In this document: piece by piece, positions 15,468 through 24,785 of the stretch | How positions within the stretch are numbered: position 1 is the first letter of the stretch | Layout: each line of letters begins with the position of its first letter | Virus record (IMG/VR): IMGVR_UViG_3300024187_000012 | Location: 1-44,667 of that record | DNA length: 44,667 bases | Direction: 5' to 3' (one strand) | Source: a virus | Taxonomy: Duplodnaviria > Caudoviricetes | Notes under the pieces: generated by a model | The model's input: the letters and a program-made list of their open reading frames with translations, nothing else | Databases searched by the model: none | Told to the model about the DNA's origin: nothing | Program-made: the position numbers and the translations under genes

Positions 15468-15673
15468 TGATCAGGATCACAATCTGCATCGCAGTCATGG
15501 CGACCGGCGCCGCAACTGCGCAGCCCGCCGCACAGGAACGCAAACACCTGCAACCGGGGTTTAGCCGGGATTGGCAAGGGCTGCCAAGCAGTCACTTCGA
15601 TGGAAGCAAAATCCCGGAGTACAAGCCAACGCGCACGCGTCCGGTTCGCAAGAACAACTACGGCAACGCCTAG
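15467..15673 (+). CDS. Small secreted protein (68 aa)
   Basis: TGATG coupling; MIRITICIAVMATGAATAQP signal peptide. Confidence 0.6.
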   Translation: MIRITICIAVMATGAATAQPAAQERKHLQPGFSRDWQGLPSSHFDGSKIPEYKPTRTRPVRKNNYGNA

Positions 15674-16332
15674 CCGACGCCGCTGCTGCCGCCGGTCGTG
15701 TCACCGCTACTGCTGCTGCCGTCACTGCTCTGGCCGCCGACACCGTCGCCGCTCGTGTCGCCGCTACTACCCATCCCGGCCATGTCGACGCCTGCGGTCA
15801 TGGCGGCGCCGAAGCCACTCGCAAAGCCTGCGCCAAATGCATCCGGCGCAGGCGTGTTGTCAAAACTGGGCGCATTAGGCATTCCGGTCTGATCGACATC
15901 GAACGTAGGTGCCGCATGGGGAGAGGCAGTCATATCAGGAGCCGTCATAGTCGCAGCGTCACTGGGATCAAACACGCCGCCCCAGTCCTGCGCGGGCGTA
16001 CCGCTGAACGCATCGCGACCCGTTGGTGCTGGTGCCCCACCCTGCATGGTCGGGCTGGAACCGGCGGGATCGAACATACCAATTGCAGCTGTTGAAGCCG
16101 CCGGACTGTAGCCTGCCGCGAAATCGAACGAAGACGTTGGGCTATGCGGGAATATTTCCGGGGTTGGAGGCAACAACGAAAAACTACCCATTCCAGCAGG
16201 GGCCGCAAGTCCCGACATTGAACTTGGTGGTAATGGCTCAGCGACAGGAAGCGGCGGAGGCATGGCTTGCATTGCCAGCAATCGCGCAATCGTGTTTCGC
16301 TGCTGGTTTGCCGCATCTGATAAAATAGCCAT
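15670..16332 (-). CDS. Low-complexity acidic G/S/P/A-rich protein, partial paralog of 24782..25798
   Basis: N-terminal RNTIARLLAM; C-terminal SSDGSSSSGDTTGGSSGVG. Confidence 0.75.
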   Translation of the reverse strand: MAILSDAANQQRNTIARLLAMQAMPPPLPVAEPLPPSSMSGLAAPAGMGSFSLLPPTPEIFPHSPTSSFDFAAGYSPAASTAAIGMFDPAGSSPTMQGGAPAPTGRDAFSGTPAQDWGGVFDPSDAATMTAPDMTASPHAAPTFDVDQTGMPNAPSFDNTPAPDAFGAGFASGFGAAMTAGVDMAGMGSSGDTSGDGVGGQSSDGSSSSGDTTGGSSGVG

Positions 16333-16337
16333 GTTTG

Positions 16338-16562
16338 TTACTCTAGGCAGCTGTCGGTGTTGACCACGGTCTGCCGCACCCTCTCCCGGTTCGTTTCCGT
16401 GGTACGCTTTGTTTGCTTGATCAGCCCGCCGGGGCAGGGGTTGACCACGGGCGTTTCTTGGTAGATCCAGTGCCCGTAGGGCTGGCAGCCCATTTCAGCA
16501 GCCACGACACACATCAGGAGGACGTGGCGGATACGGCGGCAGCGGTTCAACACGGCTTTCAA
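16338..16562 (-). CDS. Small putative lipoprotein (spanin-like?)
   Basis: Basic then hydrophobic N-terminus ending in ...EMGC; follows two membrane-protein genes. The start may lie further downstream. Confidence 0.4.
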   Translation of the reverse strand: MKAVLNRCRRIRHVLLMCVVAAEMGCQPYGHWIYQETPVVNPCPGGLIKQTKRTTETNRERVRQTVVNTDSCLE

Positions 16563-16762
16563 AACCTGATCGGAGACGCCACCCCCAACAGGCTCGCGAT
16601 CACATAGACCACGACAATCACACAGATCACCACAATCAACACGTTGATGATGGTGGCAAACGGTGCCGGGAGCGGGATGAGCGGAAGCAGTTGTTGTACG
16701 GCCCAGAGGATCACGCCCAGCACAATCAACATCAGGATGACAGATACCAAAGTTCCGATCAT
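16559..16762 (-). CDS. Two-TM membrane protein (Thivi_2564-like), candidate holin
   Basis: 67 aa; two long hydrophobic helices around PLIPLPAPF; GGAGGG RBS. Confidence 0.7.
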   Translation of the reverse strand: MIGTLVSVILMLIVLGVILWAVQQLLPLIPLPAPFATIINVLIVVICVIVVVYVIASLLGVASPIRF

Positions 16763-16773
16763 GGTCGCCCTCC

Positions 16774-17034
16774 TTAAGGTCGTGCCGGCGCGATATGAAG
16801 TTCCTTCGTCATGACGTCGGTGATGCGCTCAATCGAATGCTCGTTCTTTCTTGTCGTTCCTTCCAGCACGGTCAGGCGCGTATTGATCTCGGCGAGATGC
16901 GGCGATCCGCGGACTTCCAATGTGTTCACGCGCGCTTCGAGGTTCACCAGATAGATGCCGCCCACGATAGCCTGCCCGATCAGCAGGATTGCCAGCGCCT
17001 GATTTTCCTTGAACCAATGCGCTAGGGCGCTCAT
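16774..17034 (-). CDS. Single-TM plus coiled-coil protein, lysis-cassette candidate
   Basis: Hydrophobic LAILLIGQAIVGGIYLV, then LEARVNTLE / INTRLTVLE heptads. Confidence 0.65.
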   Translation of the reverse strand: MSALAHWFKENQALAILLIGQAIVGGIYLVNLEARVNTLEVRGSPHLAEINTRLTVLEGTTRKNEHSIERITDVMTKELHIAPARP

Positions 17035-17312
17035 GGCGGCGGTACTGCCGGCTCACCGGGAAGCTCCTTCTGCATGAACGGCCACGGCTGCTTGGCCTGC
17101 CCCTGGTAGGCTACGATCAATTGCGACCGCGTCAGGTACCAGGACTGTGCCGCGGCGCGCAGGGGACGATGCCCGACAATGTAGGGGTCCGCCCCAGCCA
17201 ACTGCCCGGCCGCGCAACACATCTCGCCATTGCAGTACATCACGCCGTCGGCCCGCGGCTGCGTGAAAGTGAGCGGGCCGCTTTCGTCCGTGATGACGAA
17301 GGAGAGGGTCAC
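17031..17312 (-). CDS. Hypothetical protein after the tail fibre (possible fibre accessory)
   Basis: GTGA coupling to the fibre stop and ATGA coupling to the next gene. Confidence 0.55.
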   Translation of the reverse strand: MTLSFVITDESGPLTFTQPRADGVMYCNGEMCCAAGQLAGADPYIVGHRPLRAAAQSWYLTRSQLIVAYQGQAKQPWPFMQKELPGEPAVPPP

Positions 17313-19072
17313 GCCGCCGCCTCCAGTGCCTCGATGCGCGCCATGGCCTCTTGCAGGGCCTTGGTCAGGGCGGCGATGACCGCCATCGGATCAGGCGCTT
17401 GTAATACGTTGTCCGCGTCCTTGCGACCCGTCGCTGCGCCCTTACAAAGTGTTTCTTGAAGTTCATGCGCAGCGAAACCCCACCGCTCAGTGTTATCTTC
17501 CGCGATCAGAGGCTTGCCTTCTTTCTTTGCTGCCTCTTTCATACTTTTTGGTGTGTGCTCTTTCTGCTTATAGCTGATCGGATTTAATTGTTTGATTTTC
17601 TCCCAAGTGCTTTGCAGCGGTGTCATGTCTTTCTTTATACGATAATCAGATAGCAGCACGTTGCCGACGCCAACATCACCGATGTACATAGCACCGTTGC
17701 CGTCGCCCTCGCCCCAGTTGATGTTGTAGGCATACACACCGCTGTTGAAACCTCCATGCGTCTTGATACCACCAGGACAATTTACAACATTACCATTACC
17801 TACGTAAAATCTTGTATTGATTACAAGTGAGTCAAATCCGGGAGCACCATTGATATTAAGGTTCGGCCACTGTAAATAGAAGCGACAATCGTAGTCGGAA
17901 GGAGAGCCGGTAGTCTTAAAATCGATAGCTTCTGGTCCCTCGATCCACTGAACGGAGATGTTGGGATTGCCGTATAGACCGCCGGCCGAACCTGCACTCG
18001 ACGCAGTAGCGGCATTGCCGGTGCAACTGCTGGAACTGCCCGTACAGCTGCCGTTCAGGGGGCCGTTGAACGATCCGGCATAAACCGCGTTGCTCTGAAA
18101 GTCGGCAGCGCCTGCCGTATTAATTAAAAGTCTGACAGCGCCTGCACTTTCATCTGCTATTGCGTATCTGCCGTCAGAAAGCGTACCCGTAGACCATTCG
18201 CGCACACCGCTCACGGTTGTTCTGAGCCGCGCATTGTTGCCTGCCGGTACGGTGGCTCGTAGTGAGTCGTTACTCGTTGCTGTAATAGCAGGCGCCGTCA
18301 GTGTGCCGCTCGAATTGAGATTGCCGCAGGTGATCGTGTTGCTGTTCGTGGTGAGCGTCGAGCACGAGATCGCGTTGGTGGCGATGTTGCCGTTGCAGGT
18401 GATGCTGCCGGTGGTAGTGATGCTGCCGCTGGCAGTGAGGTTTCCGATATTTAGTGTATTGAGGGTACCAGCCATGGTTTGAACATAGACTTGTCCGTTT
18501 GACCTAATGATATTATTGGTCCCGTCACTTATAAACAAATTGGTTGCGTTTAAATTAATCGTGGGCACTGTCAGCCCACCCGTCATCGTGTCGCCGGTCA
18601 AATTGACGTAAGCAGCGTCCAGCTCGGCGGCACTGCCGGCTTGCTGCACCCACGCACCCCACACCCCACCATTTTTCCTCCTGGTGTATACCGGATTTGG
18701 TGTTCCGGGGGTCGTCACTTGAATAAATATATCATTCGTTGCATCCGTTATAATGATGCACGTTCCAACAAAGCGGTTGGTTCCATTGGGGGCAGAGGTG
18801 GCTCCAATCGCAGACCAGAACGACCCGGCCTCAAACACATGCGCGTCGTAGTTGGTGACCTGCTGCCCCGCCGCCTCAGCCTTGAGGTTGGTGCGCGCCG
18901 TTGACGGATTGTCCGCGCCCGTGCCGCCCATGTTGGACGGCAATGGCTGGTTCAGCGTGTTAGTCAGGTCATTGATGAACGTGTTGTAGCGGGCACTGAA
19001 AATCGTCTGGCCCGAATTGCCCTGCGTCCCGGACGGATAATAATAAATCCCAGTCCCAATATCGCGCGGCAT
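17309..19072 (-). CDS. Tail fibre with knob-like domain and C-terminal peptidase S74 intramolecular chaperone
   Basis: N-terminal anchor (MPRD...YYYP..T..., MGGTGA), G/S/T beta-repeat shaft, SDYRIKKD...LNPISY...GFAAHELQ...ARIEALE. Confidence 0.9.
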   Translation of the reverse strand: MPRDIGTGIYYYPSGTQGNSGQTIFSARYNTFINDLTNTLNQPLPSNMGGTGADNPSTARTNLKAEAAGQQVTNYDAHVFEAGSFWSAIGATSAPNGTNRFVGTCIIITDATNDIFIQVTTPGTPNPVYTRRKNGGVWGAWVQQAGSAAELDAAYVNLTGDTMTGGLTVPTINLNATNLFISDGTNNIIRSNGQVYVQTMAGTLNTLNIGNLTASGSITTTGSITCNGNIATNAISCSTLTTNSNTITCGNLNSSGTLTAPAITATSNDSLRATVPAGNNARLRTTVSGVREWSTGTLSDGRYAIADESAGAVRLLINTAGAADFQSNAVYAGSFNGPLNGSCTGSSSSCTGNAATASSAGSAGGLYGNPNISVQWIEGPEAIDFKTTGSPSDYDCRFYLQWPNLNINGAPGFDSLVINTRFYVGNGNVVNCPGGIKTHGGFNSGVYAYNINWGEGDGNGAMYIGDVGVGNVLLSDYRIKKDMTPLQSTWEKIKQLNPISYKQKEHTPKSMKEAAKKEGKPLIAEDNTERWGFAAHELQETLCKGAATGRKDADNVLQAPDPMAVIAALTKALQEAMARIEALEAAA

Positions 19073-19081
19073 TGCGTTCTC

Positions 19082-20833
19082 CTATTGCATCAGGCCGCGC
19101 ATTGCGGCCCAGGCGAGTGCGTCGCGGCCGTCATCATACGGCGTTCCGAGCTCCACCGTACCGGCTCCAACGGCGGCCTGCCCAGCCGGACCCATGCCAG
19201 GACCCGCGACCGGGACCGATCCTTGCGTCTGCGCCCGATAGAGCGGCGAATTCGCGCGCTGCGCGGCAGCGACTTCCTCCCAGCGACGCTGCAGCCCGCG
19301 CTGCCCGAAGCCGTACGCAGCCCGACCAAGGCCACCACCGACGGCGGAACCGACTGCGGAGCCAATCCCTCCACCGGCCGCGATGCCGGCCGGTCCTCCA
19401 GCAATGCCGCCGACTGCTCCACTCCCGCCACCTACAACACCGCCTACGCCTGCAGCCACTGCGCCCTTCTTGGCGCCGACCAGGTTGGCGAGCCACTCCG
19501 CGTGCGTCGGGGTGATTGCGGTTTCCAGCTGGCTCTTTGTCTCCGGGGTCCACCCACGCAACTTTGGCTGCGCGCCGGTTGCGTCAGTCTTCAATAGCCG
19601 ATTGCCTTCACTTACCAGCTGATCCCCGACCGGCGTTCCCTTCGTCCGCTCGACCCGCTGCGCATTGGCGAGTGGCGCCTCCACCTGACCTGCGCGCGCC
19701 CAGGCGGCATAATTGCCGCGCGCCGTCTGCGCCACTTCGGCCGCCATCTGGCCAAACTGCGGCGCCGACGTCACGGCGCCCGATTGCGGCGCGTTGATCA
19801 TGAAGCGATCGAAAGTTTGGCGCAGGATGTTTGCCGCAACGCCGTTCTTCTCGCCGGCTCCGGTCGAGTTTTTCATGCCGGAGAGGGCCTGCCGGGCAGC
19901 CTCGATCTGCATCGGACCAATGTCACCATATCGATTGGCCCAGCCGTAGACGCCATTGCGCAGGTTTTCCGCGACCTTGTAGACCGCCGCCGCATTCTCC
20001 GGAACGATGGCGCCTTTGAGCATGGTCTGCTCGGCCGCCGCGAGGTCCCTGGCAAAGTGCGGCATCGAGTAGGTCGCGGGAATTTGCGACAGCGTCTTGT
20101 AGTTGCCCTGGTAGGCTGTTTGCAGCTCGGAGCGTGGCGGAACCGGGATTTCCCGGCCCGTCGCCGGATCCCCCGGCCGCTGCGTCACGGCGGATTTCGG
20201 GATCAGAGGCGCGAGGGCGGCGTTGATGGCGCCACCGACCGCGGCGCCCTTGCCGGTGTTGTACAGGTAGTCTTCGGGATTACCGGTGAAGGTCTGGCCA
20301 GCGCCCTGCACGCCACCAAAGATCGCGCCCTCGGTGCCGTAGCCGGCGATGCGCGCCGGCACGGTGCCGCCGCCGTAGCCGGCAATCCCTGCACCGATCT
20401 TGGCAGGCGCCATGGCGCCACCGGCAGCAACGCCGCCCGACACGTCGCCGAGCGGCGTGGCAATCGGTGAGCGTTCGCGCCGCTCCTGCAGGTCTTTGAG
20501 GCGCGCGTCGATCGCCGTGTTGTAGTCCGGCTGCGCCGTCCAGCCGAACGTGCCGCCCAGCATGGGATCCGGCAGAGGAACGCCCTTTCCTTTGGCGACG
20601 TCGAGCACGGCATCCAGGCGCGGAGCAATCCCGGCCGAGAACGACTTGCCGGTAGCCATGAGATAGTCGCCGAAGCCCTGGCCCAGCCAGGACGGCCAGC
20701 CCATCTCGGACTGCTGCTTGCCGGTCTCGGTGGCCTGAAGGGCGGGCTTGCCCGGGTCGTCGTCGTAATGCCTGGAACGCGGCGCCCCGGCTGCCGGCGC
20801 CCCCGTCCCCGGATCGTCGTCATAGAGGCCCAT
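19082..20833 (-). CDS. Putative DNA ejection (internal virion) protein
   Basis: Position before the fibre gene; glycine-zipper hydrophobic segments; duplicated YDDDPG; C-terminal GRDALAWAAM. Confidence 0.65.
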   Translation of the reverse strand: MGLYDDDPGTGAPAAGAPRSRHYDDDPGKPALQATETGKQQSEMGWPSWLGQGFGDYLMATGKSFSAGIAPRLDAVLDVAKGKGVPLPDPMLGGTFGWTAQPDYNTAIDARLKDLQERRERSPIATPLGDVSGGVAAGGAMAPAKIGAGIAGYGGGTVPARIAGYGTEGAIFGGVQGAGQTFTGNPEDYLYNTGKGAAVGGAINAALAPLIPKSAVTQRPGDPATGREIPVPPRSELQTAYQGNYKTLSQIPATYSMPHFARDLAAAEQTMLKGAIVPENAAAVYKVAENLRNGVYGWANRYGDIGPMQIEAARQALSGMKNSTGAGEKNGVAANILRQTFDRFMINAPQSGAVTSAPQFGQMAAEVAQTARGNYAAWARAGQVEAPLANAQRVERTKGTPVGDQLVSEGNRLLKTDATGAQPKLRGWTPETKSQLETAITPTHAEWLANLVGAKKGAVAAGVGGVVGGGSGAVGGIAGGPAGIAAGGGIGSAVGSAVGGGLGRAAYGFGQRGLQRRWEEVAAAQRANSPLYRAQTQGSVPVAGPGMGPAGQAAVGAGTVELGTPYDDGRDALAWAAMRGLMQ

Positions 20834-22833
20834 CAGCGCGCCCCAGGGTTCAACTGCTTGCGCTGGAGCACGAAGGCGGCAGCGCCGGGACCGTAGCGCT
20901 GATCAAAGTCCGCCATGTGCGCTTGGGCATTCGGGCCGGCCGCCCCTTCAAAGAAGCGCGGCAAATGCTGGTTGTTGAACCAATTGGCCTCGGGCGACAT
21001 ATACTTGCTCTCCAGGGTCGTCACGCCCGTATTCGGGTCTTTTTCTCCCAGGCCCTTGAAGATGCTTTGCGCTTGCTGATCGTAACGCGCCAGATGTTGG
21101 TAGCCGCGCTGTAGTTGTTGCCGCAGCAAGGCCTCGATCGCCGGCTTTTCCATCGTGATCTCGCCGGCTTGCGCCTTGCCCATCGCAGTCTCGTAGCCGC
21201 TCACCGGCTTGAGGTCCTTGACCAACTCGCCCACGGTCGAGAGCAGCTTCGCCTTGAGCAACTCGGTCGAGCCGGCTCGCTCGGCCAGTTGCTTGTTCTG
21301 CGTCGCCCAGGCTCCCCACTTGGCCAGATCGAGCTTGGTATTTGCCCCTGCCCCAATGAAAACGCCCTTGTTCATGGCGTCGAGCGCCATGGTGAAGTCC
21401 TGCATGCGCTCGGCGGTCTTGCGCACCGATGTCTGTTCGTCGCTCATCGCCTTGCGCACCTCGGGCGCCGGAGCGCCGGCTCGGAGCTGGATCTGATTGT
21501 CGACGATGGCTTGGTTCTTTTCCGCGATCTTCACCGGATCGGTCTTGGACAAGTGCTCGTCATAGAGGCGCTTGTTTTCCTCGTCGATCAGGCGGTCCCG
21601 GCGCGTAATCTTTTCCTTGGCGAGCCCGGTCTGCTCGGCATGCAGGCGATCGTTCTCCTCCTTGATCCTGGCAGCAGCATTGACCGCCTGCGTGCGCAGA
21701 CCTTCGCCGGTGTAGGGGTTCGTTGAAATCGCTATCGCCCGATTGTATTTTTCCCGCAACTCCGGATTGACCCACGGCGACGGCAATGTCTGGGGCGCGC
21801 CAAACCTTTTCGTGGCCTGCTCCTCGGACATTGGCGTGAACTGTGATGTGTCTGGGAGCGCGCCGCCTGGCGTAACCGGAACGCCGGGAGATCCAGGCCT
21901 TGCAGGCTGGACGGTCGGCTGGCCAGGAACACCACCACCCGGGCCGGACGGGAGCACCGGAGATGGCGCCGCCCCACCAGCAGGGCCTCCACCGAAACCA
22001 CCGACCTGCGCCAGCATTTGCGGCGGGACACCGGCGCCCGGTCCGCCAGGACCTGCGGCGTCCGGATTGAAGGCTTGGTTGGCGCCGGCAATCTGCTGGG
22101 CCATGCTCGCGCGCGCGGCGTCGACCGGCGGAGGCAATGGTCCGCCTCCGGGCGGCATTTGCGCCGGACCTGCTGGTCCCGGAACCCCTCCGCCTGCTAC
22201 GGGTTGCGGTCCCGGTGTACCGCCCGGGATCTGACCCGCCATTGTGGGTGGCGGAGCCGAAGGGGCTGGAGGTGCTTGGTCCGGACGCTCCGCCATCGAG
22301 GCTCCGGGTCCGGCGGGGGATGGCCCGCCGTATGTGAGGCCGGGCTGGCCGGCGTCCGACATGGTCCCGCCAAGCGAAGCCATCTGCATTGGCGCCGGCC
22401 TTGCCGCCTGCGAGCCTTGCGCGCCTTCCGTCAATGCCTGCGCCATTTGTGCGCGCGACAGGTCCGTCTCAGGATCAAGTTCTGCACGCGGGGAAGTACC
22501 TGCTCGCGGATCCTCTGCTCCGGAAGGTGGCGTCTTGACCACAGGCGGGGAAGCTTCGAATACGTCTGCGTTCTTTTTTGCCGTCGCAGCGTCACGCGCT
22601 ATCATCTGGCGTTCCGACTGCGAGAGCTTGTAGTCGCGAATGCCTTCGCCGATGCTCTCGCCGACCGAGAAGATCCCCTTGCCGATCGTGTTGGGATAGT
22701 CGCGCGACTTGGCGGCGAGTGCGGCCGCAATGGCGCGGCGTGCCTTCAGTTGTTCCAGGGTCAACCCCGGCCCGCCAGGGTCGGCGGAAAAGAACGACGC
22801 AATCAACGGGTTCTCGGTGAGAGGATCCGGCAT
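20833..22833 (-). CDS. Putative DNA ejection protein (Pro/Gly-rich linker, helical C-terminal half)
   Basis: Position in the ejection cluster; TIGKGIFSVGESIG amphipathic segment. Confidence 0.65.
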   Translation of the reverse strand: MPDPLTENPLIASFFSADPGGPGLTLEQLKARRAIAAALAAKSRDYPNTIGKGIFSVGESIGEGIRDYKLSQSERQMIARDAATAKKNADVFEASPPVVKTPPSGAEDPRAGTSPRAELDPETDLSRAQMAQALTEGAQGSQAARPAPMQMASLGGTMSDAGQPGLTYGGPSPAGPGASMAERPDQAPPAPSAPPPTMAGQIPGGTPGPQPVAGGGVPGPAGPAQMPPGGGPLPPPVDAARASMAQQIAGANQAFNPDAAGPGGPGAGVPPQMLAQVGGFGGGPAGGAAPSPVLPSGPGGGVPGQPTVQPARPGSPGVPVTPGGALPDTSQFTPMSEEQATKRFGAPQTLPSPWVNPELREKYNRAIAISTNPYTGEGLRTQAVNAAARIKEENDRLHAEQTGLAKEKITRRDRLIDEENKRLYDEHLSKTDPVKIAEKNQAIVDNQIQLRAGAPAPEVRKAMSDEQTSVRKTAERMQDFTMALDAMNKGVFIGAGANTKLDLAKWGAWATQNKQLAERAGSTELLKAKLLSTVGELVKDLKPVSGYETAMGKAQAGEITMEKPAIEALLRQQLQRGYQHLARYDQQAQSIFKGLGEKDPNTGVTTLESKYMSPEANWFNNQHLPRFFEGAAGPNAQAHMADFDQRYGPGAAAFVLQRKQLNPGAR

Positions 22834-22836
22834 GGC

Positions 22837-24330
22837 TCATGCACTCCCGAAGATCGAACCCAGCTTGTCACGATCGATGTGCTTGAGACCGCCGATCGTC
22901 TTCACGGCGCGCGGTTCAAGCCGCTCGACGTCCTGCGCCATCGGTCCGACATGGCGCTTCCCGTCGTCGAATTCGTCCTTGTAGTCGTATGCGTAGATCG
23001 GCAGCGCGCCCTTGGTCGACATAATCGAACCCATCGGAGCAATGTTCTCCTTCACCCGCACATCCGACAGCATCGCGGTTCCAATCTTTCCGCCCGCGCC
23101 GAGCAAGCCACCCATGATGTCGTTGAAGCCGGTCGACTGCGTTTTGTAGATGTCGTTCTGTTGCGCAAAGTTCTGGTTGATCAGGCCAGCCACGTCCGTG
23201 GTCGGGATCGAAGTGCGCTGCGCATTGATGAAGTTCGGCGCCTGCACCTGCGAGCCAGACATCAGCGCTGCAATCTCGTTGAGTGGCTGATTGCGCTGCT
23301 GATACTGCTCCTGCAGGGCCTGATTGCGCTGTTGGTTCGCCGCATTGAACTTCGTAGATTGCAAACCGAGCATCTGATTTTGCGCGGCGTTGTAGAATTG
23401 TCCGCGCGCTGCAGCTTGATCAAACTGACCTTGCGCCGCGGTATTGAAAAAGCCGGCGCGCGCCGCGTTCTGCGCCTCGGCCTGCTGCTGGGCCTGGTTC
23501 TGAAAGCCGGCCAGGCCGAGCGACTGCTGGTAGCCTTGCTGTTGCGCAGCATTATGAAAGGCGGCCTGCTGCGCCGACATTTGGTCCATGCGCTGCTGCT
23601 CTTGCCCGCCCGCCGCAACGATGCCAAGGCGCGTGTCGGTGACTTGCCGATTAAACGGATCATAGGCGCCCTGGTAGGCCTGGCTGCCGTAGCGAATGCC
23701 CTGGTCGGCGAGCTGCTGGCGCAGCCGGTCCTCTTGCTGCTGCAGCTGCGGATTGACCCGCTCGAACATGGACTGCTCGATGCGTTGCCGATCCGCAGAG
23801 TAGTTGTCGGAAGGACCGTACTGCTGCTGGATCTGGCCGGCTGAGTTAGGATCAAAGCCGCGCGTGATGTCGCCACCGGATGCGTAGCTGCTTTGCAGCC
23901 CGGGCGTGTCGCCGATTTGCGATTGCGGTGCGCCAACCTGATTGAACAGGTTGATGTCGCCCATGGCGGGCGCGCTGCTCGTGTCCAGCGGGTGTGACAA
24001 CAAGTCTCCGATTGCGGCGGACTGTTGGTTGGCAATGCCAGCCATGTTCATCTTGGCAGCGTCGGTCTGCGCCTGAATTTGCGCGTACTGCGGCGACAGT
24101 GTCTGTGTCGCAGTCCACCTCGGGATATTGTAGGACTGACCGGTTACCGGATCGGTGTAACCATAATTGCCGGTCACATCGAAATTCAACGACCCCTGCG
24201 GCGTGTTCTGGTTGGTGTTGCCCAGGTACGAATTCGCGATCGCAGTCGACACGTTGGTGCCGGTCTGCGCCGCGGCAGTCGCCATTGGGTTAGGCGGAGT
24301 TGGAGCTTGCGGACTATCGAACAGGCCCAT
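22837..24330 (-). CDS. Putative pilot/ejection protein (Gln-rich) with C-terminal peptidase S74-like domain
   Basis: MG...PQAP...TAAAQTGTN...NQNTPQGSL N-terminus; GGLLGAGG; SDVRVKENI...IYAYDYK...VGPMAQDVE. Confidence 0.75.
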   Translation of the reverse strand: MGLFDSPQAPTPPNPMATAAAQTGTNVSTAIANSYLGNTNQNTPQGSLNFDVTGNYGYTDPVTGQSYNIPRWTATQTLSPQYAQIQAQTDAAKMNMAGIANQQSAAIGDLLSHPLDTSSAPAMGDINLFNQVGAPQSQIGDTPGLQSSYASGGDITRGFDPNSAGQIQQQYGPSDNYSADRQRIEQSMFERVNPQLQQQEDRLRQQLADQGIRYGSQAYQGAYDPFNRQVTDTRLGIVAAGGQEQQRMDQMSAQQAAFHNAAQQQGYQQSLGLAGFQNQAQQQAEAQNAARAGFFNTAAQGQFDQAAARGQFYNAAQNQMLGLQSTKFNAANQQRNQALQEQYQQRNQPLNEIAALMSGSQVQAPNFINAQRTSIPTTDVAGLINQNFAQQNDIYKTQSTGFNDIMGGLLGAGGKIGTAMLSDVRVKENIAPMGSIMSTKGALPIYAYDYKDEFDDGKRHVGPMAQDVERLEPRAVKTIGGLKHIDRDKLGSIFGSA

Positions 24331-24785
24331 CAGGCGGCCTCCTCTAGTTCAACGATACGACGATTAAACCGGCTCTCGTGCCAGTCCTCTGCCGTCAGGG
24401 TCGCGATGATGCCATCCTTGCCGCGGCCATAGAGCCGCGCGATCTTCACGAAGGCAAACCCGATGACGGCAAGCTGTCGCTGCAGCCGAAAGTCGCTTTC
24501 CGCGACCTGCATGACCACCATTTGGCAGCCGCACTCGACGAACGGGTAGTCGAAGATCCGCTTCAACACAGGGCGCGTCAACCAGTGCGCCGACGCGGAC
24601 GCGCCCGACATGACGATCGTACCAGCCTCCGGGCTCCAGTGGTGATAAACGACGCCACCGATGAGCTCGTCGCCCTTGACGACGCCGATCGCCTTGCCGC
24701 CAGCCACCACGCCACGCGGCATGCCGGTCAGCCTGGCGACAAAGTCACCGACCTCATCGTCCTTGCCATAGACGAACCGGATCAT
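24330..24785 (-). CDS. GNAT-family acetyltransferase-like protein
   Basis: AIGV...LIGGVVY...WLTR..L..IFDYPF..CGC...GF pattern; same position as the GNAT gene of P22-like podoviruses. Confidence 0.75.
   Translation of the reverse strand: MIRFVYGKDDEVGDFVARLTGMPRGVVAGGKAIGVVKGDELIGGVVYHHWSPEAGTIVMSGASASAHWLTRPVLKRIFDYPFVECGCQMVVMQVAESDFRLQRQLAVIGFAFVKIARLYGRGKDGIIATLTAEDWHESRFNRRIVELEEAA

Noticed and set aside
15571-15588. Additional operator (AAGGGCTGCCAAG)
   Set aside because: Only a partial match, inside a coding region, with no adjacent promoter boxes.
15670-15673. Terminator at the convergence of the two transcription arms
   Set aside because: The genes meet at overlapping TAG stops (CTAG) with no intergenic space or hairpin plus U-tract.
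22018-23844. Long plus-strand ORFs (608 aa here; also 7493..8584, 40412..41626, 42325..43524)
   Set aside because: They are antisense shadows of GC-rich genuine genes, with Arg/Leu-rich non-protein-like composition.
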